From: a virus
DNA: 64,000 nt
Strand: one strand, 5' to 3'
IMG/VR virus record: IMGVR_UViG_3300030329_003387
Shown: piece after piece, positions 30,133-38,802 of the stretch
How the letters are laid out: each line of letters starts with the position of its first letter
How positions within the stretch are numbered: position 1 is the first letter of the stretch
Notes under the pieces: model-generated
The model's input: only the letters and a program-made list of their open reading frames with translations
Databases searched by the model: none
What the model was told of the DNA's origin: nothing
Program-made: the position numbers and the translations under genes

Positions 30133-32202
30133 TTATATATTTTGACCTATAATAAAACCATCAAATGCATTCTCATCATTAATAATAAATCCTACAGTAT
30201 CAGCCTTTGCATTTGTTCTAGTCATAGTGTGTGCTATTCCTCCAGCCCATTTAATTGTAACGCTAGCAGGACTTCCACCACCATCTTGGTCATGAGTGAC
30301 AGCATTATAGGCGATACTATAGTTATTACCTGCTGGCTGAGTAAATCTAATTAAAAATCTTTGACCATCTGTTCCATTAGTAAAATCTATGTCTGTTACA
30401 TTTGCGCCTAAAGTTATATTAAAGTAGTTACCAGAACTTAGGTCTATAACGACTGTAGCATCTTCGGTAGCGCTTGTAATACCTTGGTTTATTGACTTAG
30501 CAAATAGTACAGACCCTCCGTCATTAATAGTAATCGCATCGTCACCGTCTGTGTATGCAATTTTGGGTGTTTGTACTTCTCCAGCAGAGTCTACTTTGAA
30601 TAACGTGGCATCGCTATTGTTAACAATATGTATTAAGTCGCCGGAGTGAGATCCGGGCATTTTAGCATAAATGGCTTCATCAGCAGCTTCGTATGGATAA
30701 ACTTGCAAGGCCGAATCGCCAGCAGAATTTGTGAGCAAATCAGCCTGACCGATAGCCAAATGTTTATTTTCCATATCAGCCTTGATGATAGTACCACCTG
30801 CTCCGCTAGTTGAAGGTTCATCGTTTGCAATGTAAAGCATATTGCTTGCGTGGTCGAAGTCACCATAGCCAGCTTCAAAGCCTAGATATAAACAATAATT
30901 GGCGGCTGTCCCACGCCCTTTATTTTTACCCGCTCTATACCCTACTCCAACAGAACCATAGTTTTCTGCAACGTCACTAGAACTACCAGACATTGCCGAC
31001 GAGCCAATTGCAACTACATTTACTTCTGTGTTTGATGCGTCTCCAATATACTGACCAGCTTCTGAACCAATAATAACAGAATTTTGAACGTGAGAAAGTT
31101 TACCCGCTCGGTTTCCAATTAGTACACTACTTGACCTATTAGTAAACGAAGAGCTTGATTCGCCAGCTTGATAACCAATAACAACCATTTTGCTCTGATA
31201 GGTTGTTGCCCCTTCATTTGGTTCATATCCAATAGCAACCGTGTAAGTTCCTGTAGTTAAGTCCTTCGAGGCGTTATAACCAATAGCTACATTCCCATCG
31301 CCTGTTGTGATATCCTCTAAGGCGGTAGTTCCGAGTGCAATATTATAATTAGCTCCAAGGGTTGTGCTACTTGGGTCATTGCCAAGAAATATAGAGTTAT
31401 TCTCTACTAAACAATCTGAAAGGTCATTTATAGATGATGCTCCTCCTCCAGAGGCGTTTTCCCAGCCCGGAGCATTTGCTGCGTCATTTACTGTTAAGAC
31501 CTGTCCGTCAGATCCTATACCAAGCCTAACATAGTTAGTGCCATTATGATAAAGAATATCTCCAGCCGCATCTGAACCAACATCAAACCCTGCGGCAAAT
31601 GTAACTTTACCACCATCAGCGATAGTCATTGCATTGTCGCCATCAGTATAGTCGATGGTTGCAGTTTCAATGCTACCACTGTTAACGGTTAATCCTGTCG
31701 AATCAATCGTTACGCGTTTAGTATTGTCTGCATAAAAATTAATTTGATTAGCGGTCTCAAAGTCTATCTTGGTTTGATCGTCCTCACCAATTTTAATATC
31801 AGTAGCAAGGAGAGAGGTTATCCCAGTGACCGCACCAGCTAAAATAACCTCTGTTCCCTCTACTGTTATTACTCCAGCACTACTTCTTGCTATCGTGGTA
31901 TCACTCGCATGTCCGAGTTCTAGATTACCAGCTAAAGTAAGATTTCCACCAGAGCTTAAGCTCATATCATAATTAGTCGCTCCGGGAGCGGCAGATTCAC
32001 TAGCAGCAGTTACAAAAACCAATTCAGTAGCATTGTTATCAGCAGCAAAAGTGCCTTCTGACCTAGCGAACATGGAGGCCGCTATTAATATTGAGTCGGT
32101 TCCTCCAGCTTCGTTAGGTGCAGCAAAACAAACTTGACCTAATATATCGTTATCAACGATAGCAGTATCTGCTACGTTTTGTAACGTGATTGAATGTGCC
32201 AT
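30133..32202 (-). CDS. Fibre protein with adhesin-like (NxAIG) repeats
   Basis: NIALG/NVAIG/TVAIG/SVLIG repeats; AGDILY...RLGIGSDGQVL module; AGGAG RBS before ATG 32202. Confidence 0.75.
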   Translation of the reverse strand: MAHSITLQNVADTAIVDNDILGQVCFAAPNEAGGTDSILIAASMFARSEGTFAADNNATELVFVTAASESAAPGATNYDMSLSSGGNLTLAGNLELGHASDTTIARSSAGVITVEGTEVILAGAVTGITSLLATDIKIGEDDQTKIDFETANQINFYADNTKRVTIDSTGLTVNSGSIETATIDYTDGDNAMTIADGGKVTFAAGFDVGSDAAGDILYHNGTNYVRLGIGSDGQVLTVNDAANAPGWENASGGGASSINDLSDCLVENNSIFLGNDPSSTTLGANYNIALGTTALEDITTGDGNVAIGYNASKDLTTGTYTVAIGYEPNEGATTYQSKMVVIGYQAGESSSSFTNRSSSVLIGNRAGKLSHVQNSVIIGSEAGQYIGDASNTEVNVVAIGSSAMSGSSSDVAENYGSVGVGYRAGKNKGRGTAANYCLYLGFEAGYGDFDHASNMLYIANDEPSTSGAGGTIIKADMENKHLAIGQADLLTNSAGDSALQVYPYEAADEAIYAKMPGSHSGDLIHIVNNSDATLFKVDSAGEVQTPKIAYTDGDDAITINDGGSVLFAKSINQGITSATEDATVVIDLSSGNYFNITLGANVTDIDFTNGTDGQRFLIRFTQPAGNNYSIAYNAVTHDQDGGGSPASVTIKWAGGIAHTMTRTNAKADTVGFIINDENAFDGFIIGQNI

Positions 32203-32221
32203 TCCACAAAAGCTCCTAAAA

Positions 32222-34066
32222 TTACATGATGTACCAAGTATCAGCGGCTCCAACAATGACAGTTACACTTTCGTGCTGATGGTAAAGAACAACACTAGTT
32301 CCTCCATCAATTGTGTCATCACCGGCTCTAGAAACACTTACATTACCAGATCCGCTGTCTAGCTTTTTAATGGTGTACATTGCACCAACATTGCCTGCGG
32401 CAGCTTCTGGTAAAGTAGCAGTTCTATTGGATCCACCAGTAGTAACGCCAGTAAAACCTTTACTCACAGTGACATTGTCATTAGTGACAACCTCTACAGA
32501 ATCTATAAATACACTACCCTTTACAGTACTGTTGAATGTAGCAGCTCCAGCCTCGCTACCATCAAGTGTTAAGAACGTTGTGTCACTACTTCCATCAGTA
32601 CCTTTGAAGATAATATCTGAATCGCCATCTTGAGCGTCTATAGTGATATTTCCACTGGTTGTAGTAAGATTTATAGCGGCGTCACCAGCACTAATATCAT
32701 CAGCAGCAAGACCACTAACAGTAGCGGCGGCTGCAACCCACTTACTACCGTCGTATTTCAAGAATTCGCCACTAGATGGACTATCTTGGCCGATCTTAGT
32801 AACGTTACCACTTCCATCAAAGGTAAAGGCAGCAGTACCACCACCCTCTTTAAGAGATCCACCATCATCAAGTATAATGTCACTGCCAGAAACAGTAATA
32901 TCACCAGCGACTGTAAGATTACCACCACTAGATAGAGACATCTTTTCAGAAGCAGCTTCACTTGCGGCAGTTCTAAAGCTAAGTTTTGTAGCGTTATTAT
33001 CAGCTGCGAAATCGCCCTCTGAAACAGCAGCAATTCCAGCAGCTACTAAGATGGCGTCTGTTCCAGTGCCTTCGTCTGGAGCTTGGAAGTTAATAACACC
33101 AATGACATCGTCAGCAGCTATGTCGGTTTCGCCAGTAGCAAGAGTAAGCGTAACTGGTTTATCGTCTGCCGTAGCTGTATGCTTCAGGGTAAGACCCGTG
33201 TCTGCTACATGACTAAGCGTAATTTCTTTATCACCACCAAAGTGAATAACAGAAGAATCCGACAATAAGATAAGATCGTTACCGATAACAGCATCTTTTG
33301 CAACACTAAGACCGCCATCAGTCTGTAGAGAGCCGTCTGTGGTGCTTGTAGCGTCTGTAGTGTCATCAGTCTTCAAAACGCCTGAGAACGTACCTGTGGT
33401 CGCTGTAAGGGCTGCTGTAGCTAATGTTCCACCGGCTACAGTAATGGTGTTTGAAGAGTGTGTTAGAGTTACGTCGCCATTAGCGAAATTAATAACGCCG
33501 CCAGAACCCATATGAAGGTCGTTCCAGCCAAGACTTGTGCTACCTAAGTCGTAGGTGGAGTCTGCATTTGGAAGTAATTTACCGGCAAACTCTACGTTTT
33601 TATTGAACTCCCACTGAGTTCCGGTGTGGTCATAGATTAATGAAGCGCTAGCCCCATCAATTGTAATACCAGCGCCATCAGCAGCAGCTGAATCAGCTGC
33701 GCCAGATGCAAGAACTATATTTAAATCATCAACAGTCAATGTTGTTGAGTTAATAGTAGTTGTAGTACCGTTTACTGTAAGGTCACCTGTGACAGTCAAG
33801 TTATCATTAACAGTGACTTCAGATGTGGTGTGACCAATTGATATTGCTATGCCACTTGTTTCTGTTGCTAGTTTTAAAGTACCAGTAGCGTTTGTGAGAT
33901 AACCATGAGAGCCATCGTGATATACTTGCATATCACTACCAGTACCAAACTTAAATTTGTCACTATCTGGTATGATGAGATCGCCATTGCTATCAACACT
34001 TACAAACTTTGAAGCTTGGGATGTACCTAACGTAGTAATACCAAGCCCGAAGGGTGAATACGTCAT
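32222..34066 (-). CDS. Fibre protein
   Basis: G/T/D-rich; LTVTGDLTVNGTTTTINSTTLTVDD motif common in phage fibres. Confidence 0.75.
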   Translation of the reverse strand: MTYSPFGLGITTLGTSQASKFVSVDSNGDLIIPDSDKFKFGTGSDMQVYHDGSHGYLTNATGTLKLATETSGIAISIGHTTSEVTVNDNLTVTGDLTVNGTTTTINSTTLTVDDLNIVLASGAADSAAADGAGITIDGASASLIYDHTGTQWEFNKNVEFAGKLLPNADSTYDLGSTSLGWNDLHMGSGGVINFANGDVTLTHSSNTITVAGGTLATAALTATTGTFSGVLKTDDTTDATSTTDGSLQTDGGLSVAKDAVIGNDLILLSDSSVIHFGGDKEITLSHVADTGLTLKHTATADDKPVTLTLATGETDIAADDVIGVINFQAPDEGTGTDAILVAAGIAAVSEGDFAADNNATKLSFRTAASEAASEKMSLSSGGNLTVAGDITVSGSDIILDDGGSLKEGGGTAAFTFDGSGNVTKIGQDSPSSGEFLKYDGSKWVAAAATVSGLAADDISAGDAAINLTTTSGNITIDAQDGDSDIIFKGTDGSSDTTFLTLDGSEAGAATFNSTVKGSVFIDSVEVVTNDNVTVSKGFTGVTTGGSNRTATLPEAAAGNVGAMYTIKKLDSGSGNVSVSRAGDDTIDGGTSVVLYHQHESVTVIVGAADTWYIM

Positions 34067-34112
34067 ATTATTTCTCCGCTAGGAAGTTGATGTTTCTATA
34101 GTAATATACACT

Positions 34113-34736
34113 TTATACTATAAACCAATTGCTGTTATCCGATACCAATGTAACAGATTCATTCTGATGCAAAAGCGCAACAGAAGTTGCTCCGTCTATG
34201 GTGTCACTTCCAGCCCTTAAAATATTTACAGCATTACTGCTGCTGTCCGTTTTTTTAACTATTACCTGCATACCACCGTTTGAATCTGCGGTATACAAAG
34301 TAACGTCAACTTCCCCACTGCTAGCATTTACAAAGACTACACCATTGGCAGTGGTCAAGGTTGTGTCTCCAGTTATTGTGGTATAGGGAATTGCGGTGTT
34401 TGATTTTCCATCCGCATCAAGAAAAACAGCCTTATCAGCAGGATAAGTACCAAAAACGGTATGCGTACCAACTGTTAAGTCGATAGCATTATTGCTGTTT
34501 GTGCTAGCTAAAACAGTAGTTCTAGCTAACGTGTCTGGAGATCCATCGGTAATAGTCCCGATGCCGACTTCCCATGAAGTGCCATTTGCATCTTCTATGG
34601 CATAGTAAGTTGTATTACTATTACCAACAGCAGATACAAAAGTTTGAAAGCCATCAACAGCACCGGCCAAGCTTAATGTACCTGAACCGTCTGTTGTTGT
34701 GGTTTCTTTTACTCTGTCTTTTATTACTAGAGCCAT
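34113..34736 (-). CDS. Fibre-related structural protein
   Basis: MALVIKDRVKETTTT.G.GT N-terminus; C-terminal domain shared with 32222..34066. Confidence 0.7.
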   Translation of the reverse strand: MALVIKDRVKETTTTDGSGTLSLAGAVDGFQTFVSAVGNSNTTYYAIEDANGTSWEVGIGTITDGSPDTLARTTVLASTNSNNAIDLTVGTHTVFGTYPADKAVFLDADGKSNTAIPYTTITGDTTLTTANGVVFVNASSGEVDVTLYTADSNGGMQVIVKKTDSSSNAVNILRAGSDTIDGATSVALLHQNESVTLVSDNSNWFIV

Positions 34737-34768
34737 AGCAACTCCCTAACAAGAGGTTTTAGAGTTTA

Positions 34769-35173
34769 CTAGGCAAATGTAATGTCTAAATCGCCAGCGT
34801 TAAATTTAAATACATCGCCATTTTTAACATCTCTTGACGATGTGAGAGAGCCGTGAAGCAGAACATTTCCTCCGCTTGACGCATCTGCAATAAACACGCC
34901 AGAAACCATTCCCCAGTCCGCTGAGGATGTCGGAAACGTTACGTCACTAGTATTTTGAGTTGCTCCGTTAGAAGGAGAGTCCCAAGAGGTGACTTGAACT
35001 CTAGCATAAGAACCACCACTAATTTCCTGTGTAACAGTTCCAGCTTCTAGCTTGTCTGTTTCATAAAACTTAATAAGACCAACATAAACACTTGTTCCGG
35101 GAGTTGTGTATGCGGTATTTCTTAATACGTGGTTTACTAATGCGTTTTCTAGATAATTTGAAAGTGCTGACAT
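34769..35173 (-). CDS. Conserved small virion (minor tail/fibre-associated) protein
   Basis: SNYLENAL...GGSYARV...FPT...WG...DASSGGN.L pattern. Confidence 0.65.
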   Translation of the reverse strand: MSALSNYLENALVNHVLRNTAYTTPGTSVYVGLIKFYETDKLEAGTVTQEISGGSYARVQVTSWDSPSNGATQNTSDVTFPTSSADWGMVSGVFIADASSGGNVLLHGSLTSSRDVKNGDVFKFNAGDLDITFA

Positions 35174-35187
35174 TATTTATCTCCGAT

Positions 35188-35469
35188 TTAAAAGGAGGTT
35201 AACTCCATTCTTCTCCATGTGTCGGTAGCCACGCATACATAGAGGTGATATATTGTTGTGCCATTTGTAGTAGTCCCACCAAATTGCATTTCTCCGGGAC
35301 TACAAGTTTCTGTCGCACTGGATGGTACTGAATTATCCCAAAAAACAACAGAATCTGCGGTATCTGTAAATGAATCTCTTACATCTGCGGGACTTATTAA
35401 ACCACTAGAATTATTAGGCAAAATAGTTGCTATTTGACTAGATAATTCAGTCTTTGTTCTTTTGGTCAC
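35188..35469 (-). CDS. Small virion protein
   Basis: 93 aa; LYVCVATDTWRR motif; N-terminus similar to 23309..25582. Confidence 0.6.
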   Translation of the reverse strand: MTKRTKTELSSQIATILPNNSSGLISPADVRDSFTDTADSVVFWDNSVPSSATETCSPGEMQFGGTTTNGTTIYHLYVCVATDTWRRMELTSF

Positions 35470-35509
35470 TTTAATCCCCTTATATATTTATCTATACAAA
35501 ATACATATT

Positions 35510-35520
35510 ATTATACACCA
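35510..35520 (-). promoter_or_regulatory. Putative late promoter TGGTGTATAAT
   Basis: Exact motif copy just downstream of the capsid terminator. Confidence 0.7.
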
Positions 35521-35525
35521 TATAC

Positions 35526-35561
35526 AAAAAAACCGCCCCTAAAAAAACTCTAGGGGCGGTT
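35526..35561 (-). terminator. Intrinsic terminator after major capsid gene
   Basis: AACCGCCCCTA...TAGGGGCGGTT followed by a T-run on the minus strand. Confidence 0.85.
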
Positions 35562-35586
35562 CGTGATGACAGAAAGCCGTTATTGA

Positions 35587-36594
35587 TTAGAAGGAGCCGA
35601 GAAGGATTCTTCGGTTATCAAGTACAGCAAACCCTACTTCAGCCCAGCCGTAGAATCCGGCTCTCTGATGGCGATGAAGAGCGTCGTCCTCGAAAATCTG
35701 AACATCTTGCTTAATAGGCATGATGAAACTGTCATTTGCAGTTCTATCAATACCGACTACAAGTTCAGGATCGCTACCGTTCAACGAAGCAGCCAATTGG
35801 TTGCTGTAGAACTTCTGGTATTCTTGACCTTCGCCAAGTTCGTCCATGTCGTGCAGATTTACACCAAAGATACGGGTGATAGCAGCGGCATCGTCGCCAG
35901 CTTGATAGATCTCACGTCGTGTGATTTCATCAACTTGGTCTACACCCCAGTTACGGATGTCTTCCAGAGCTTCTGGAGACAGGTAGATGTCAGTCAATTT
36001 TCCACGATTCAAAGATCCAGAGTTACCACCAGCATTACGACGCATAACAGTCTTCATCAAAGAAATAAGTCTCTTTGTGAATTGTCCATCAGCAGCGTCA
36101 CCATCGTAAACCAAGATGTTTCTATCAACGCCAGCGGCCAACAATGTGTGCCATCCGTCGTCGTTCATCTTCTTTACGAAACCAGCTTCGAGAACCTGCA
36201 TTGCGCGGCCTACAACATCCCAACGGGCTTCGCGAGCGTATCGAAGAAGGTAATCAATCGAGGAGCCAACTGTGTAAGTTGGAACCATGACGTAATCGCC
36301 TTCGACAGCACGTTCAGGAATTCTTCCGTGGCCGGGATTGGTGTAAGCAACATGCTCGTTCTCAGTTCCGGGAGCCAAGAGGTCAAGTGGGAATTCCACT
36401 GACGTTCCGGGTTCCATTGGGAGTCTTTCAAAGATCCCATCAAGAACATCGCCCACTAAAACACCCTTACGAAGAGGCTGTTCCAGCGCTGTTGCTAGTT
36501 CGTGTTGAGCTTCAAGGGCAACGACCTTGTCAGCACTACCGGAGCGCTTGATAAGCTCAATAAAATGATCATCAGGTCGATTCATTCTATTCAT
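35587..36594 (-). CDS. Major capsid protein
   Basis: ~335 aa, last in the portal-protease/scaffold-decoration series. GGAG RBS, biased codon usage, followed by a strong terminator. Confidence 0.8.
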   Translation of the reverse strand: MNRMNRPDDHFIELIKRSGSADKVVALEAQHELATALEQPLRKGVLVGDVLDGIFERLPMEPGTSVEFPLDLLAPGTENEHVAYTNPGHGRIPERAVEGDYVMVPTYTVGSSIDYLLRYAREARWDVVGRAMQVLEAGFVKKMNDDGWHTLLAAGVDRNILVYDGDAADGQFTKRLISLMKTVMRRNAGGNSGSLNRGKLTDIYLSPEALEDIRNWGVDQVDEITRREIYQAGDDAAAITRIFGVNLHDMDELGEGQEYQKFYSNQLAASLNGSDPELVVGIDRTANDSFIMPIKQDVQIFEDDALHRHQRAGFYGWAEVGFAVLDNRRILLGSF

Positions 36595-36624
36595 TATTCT
36601 ATTCTCCATTTAAGGGTTAAATTA

Positions 36625-37137
36625 TTACTCAAGACCGACAGTATCGTCGTCAGTATTCTGGAATGGCATTGGCAAGTTGACTTCAACTTTGGCATAACCA
36701 TCTTCGTCCTTAGTGGACATGAAACGACCAATGATAATCTTCTTACCATCAGTAACTTCAGCATCGGTAGCAATGTTACCAGCGGTATCATCACACACAA
36801 ATGCAGCTACACCAGCCGTTGGTGTACCAGAAATTTTGTTGGTCACAACATAACCCTTTTTAAGGATAGAAACTTTTCCACCTTTTTGGACTTCGTCTTG
36901 ATGCCAGTTGATGTGTTGGCGAGTGAGGTCAAGATTGACAACATCGTTCAACAGAATACCAACGGGAATCAAAGCGTTAGTTGCAGCGGCATACTTTACT
37001 TTTGCGCCAGCTTGGTCCATTGCTGCACCAGAGCCAACCGTGTCGAGAACTACAACTCCACCGCGTTCAGCAGTACCTTCGTTGTAGAAAAAAGAAATAT
37101 CGACATCGAGTTCGTGTCTATCAGCTTTTAAAGCCAT
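36625..37137 (-). CDS. Capsid decoration/cement protein
   Basis: 170 aa between scaffold and capsid genes; PVGILLNDV...IGRF motif. Confidence 0.6.
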   Translation of the reverse strand: MALKADRHELDVDISFFYNEGTAERGGVVVLDTVGSGAAMDQAGAKVKYAAATNALIPVGILLNDVVNLDLTRQHINWHQDEVQKGGKVSILKKGYVVTNKISGTPTAGVAAFVCDDTAGNIATDAEVTDGKKIIIGRFMSTKDEDGYAKVEVNLPMPFQNTDDDTVGLE

Positions 37138-37165
37138 GATATATACTCCTAATTATAAAACTAAA

Positions 37166-38749
37166 TTACTCTTGAACGCTAGCGGTAGAACGAAGAACAT
37201 TACTTTCAAGCCATTCGCTAGCAGCAGTTCTGGCTTCTAAGGCAGAATCTTCACCAGCATCAGTTAATGCTGCTTCAGCTTCTTCTTCGACGTTTTCAAG
37301 AACTTCTTCGGATGCTTCTGCTTCAGCTTCATCAATTTCTTCAGCTTCAGCTTCTGCGTCTTCAGATGCTCCCTTCTTCATTGGGTCTTCGCCCTTCTTT
37401 TTCATGAAAGGTGGAAGATCTTTTTCGTCTTTTTCTTCGTCGTCCTTTTTGGGTTTATCTTCAGCCATTTTCTTCTTAGGTGGTGCAGAAGGTAATCCCG
37501 CAGCCATGATCTGAACAATTTCCCCAAACATTTCGTCACTTGCTTCAGCAAACTTCTCAAGAGCAGCTTCAGCTTCCTCACCCTCTACACCAGCTTCAAG
37601 AAGCATAGACTTGCGAGCAAGTACCTTCTTTTCGGCTTCATGGGCTTCAATCTTTTCATTGGCAGAAGCCAATTCTTCGTCTTTGCTTGCAATCGCTTCT
37701 TCGAGTTCAGCGACTTTAGCTTGAGCAGCTTCAAGAGCTTCTTTAGCTTGAGCAACAGCTTCGTCTTTTTCAGCAACAGTAGCTTCAAAAGCTTCAATCT
37801 TAGCCTGAAATTCCTCATCTTTCTGATTAGCAACTTCAGCCTTCAGAGCTTCAGCAGCTGATTTAGCATCTGCTAGTTCTGCTTTCAACTCTGCAACTTG
37901 ATTTTCTAATACATTATCGGACATATCAGATATCTCCTTAATATTTGATTCTGAAATTAATTGTGGTTCACTATTTCCAGCAAAGGAAAATGATTTTGAA
38001 GAATCGTCATCAAGAATAACGCTTCTAGGGTTAGCAGGGTTACTAACCAAACCTTTGCCAGAAAAATTGATATTCCGTAGTAATCTACCTACCCTGTATC
38101 CTTCATACTTTCCATCTCCTCCATATGCTCTAAGATGCTTAGTTAAAAACGCAGACTCGTCGTTTCTTGCTATTGTCTTATGCGCGCCTTCCGGGGTAAC
38201 TACGGCATAATCAAAGTTACTAAAAAGAGCTTCCATGCTAACAAACCATTTGCCATCTTCTATTTCAGCAATGATTTTAGACATCCGCTCTTTTAGCTCT
38301 GGTTTCATCCAGCTATTGTATAAAACGGCACTAGTTATAATATCGAATTCAGAATCTGGCATAGTATTCTGATCTTCAAACTCTTTACCATTTTGGTCAA
38401 CAACCACACTACCAGTTATATGCCCTATAATGTCACTTTCGTCGTGCATAAAGTTGAACTGCTTGTCCTCTGGTGAGTTCCTAGCAGCCCAAGTTTCTTT
38501 CCAGTCAAAAACATCATCATTTTTATTCCAACCAGTAGAAACTAAAACAGATTGTAAGTAATAGAGATCAAACTGATCTTTATTTTCTGCAACAGTTTCG
38601 TGGTTAGCCATCAATTTCTCAATGTCACTCTGTTGTTTTTGATCTGGAATATAGGTATCAACGACAGAAGAATAAGCAACACTAGCTGTTGACTTAATTA
38701 GTTCTTCTAACCCGTTGTTATATTCATCTTTATAGATTGGTATATTCAT
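37166..38749 (-). CDS. Prohead protease-scaffold fusion
   Basis: N-terminal globular domain (NKNDDVF, FMHD..IIGHI, FVSME, F.GKGLV.NPA) plus acidic Ala/Glu/Lys coiled-coil C-terminus. Confidence 0.75.
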   Translation of the reverse strand: MNIPIYKDEYNNGLEELIKSTASVAYSSVVDTYIPDQKQQSDIEKLMANHETVAENKDQFDLYYLQSVLVSTGWNKNDDVFDWKETWAARNSPEDKQFNFMHDESDIIGHITGSVVVDQNGKEFEDQNTMPDSEFDIITSAVLYNSWMKPELKERMSKIIAEIEDGKWFVSMEALFSNFDYAVVTPEGAHKTIARNDESAFLTKHLRAYGGDGKYEGYRVGRLLRNINFSGKGLVSNPANPRSVILDDDSSKSFSFAGNSEPQLISESNIKEISDMSDNVLENQVAELKAELADAKSAAEALKAEVANQKDEEFQAKIEAFEATVAEKDEAVAQAKEALEAAQAKVAELEEAIASKDEELASANEKIEAHEAEKKVLARKSMLLEAGVEGEEAEAALEKFAEASDEMFGEIVQIMAAGLPSAPPKKKMAEDKPKKDDEEKDEKDLPPFMKKKGEDPMKKGASEDAEAEAEEIDEAEAEASEEVLENVEEEAEAALTDAGEDSALEARTAASEWLESNVLRSTASVQE

Positions 38750-38766
38750 ATATATTACCTCATAAA

Positions 38767-38777
38767 ATTATACACCA
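38767..38777 (-). promoter_or_regulatory. Putative late promoter TGGTGTATAAT
   Basis: Exact motif copy upstream of the protease/scaffold gene. Confidence 0.7.
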
Positions 38778-38802
38778 TAAATCAAAATAAATCTTAAAAA
38801 CA

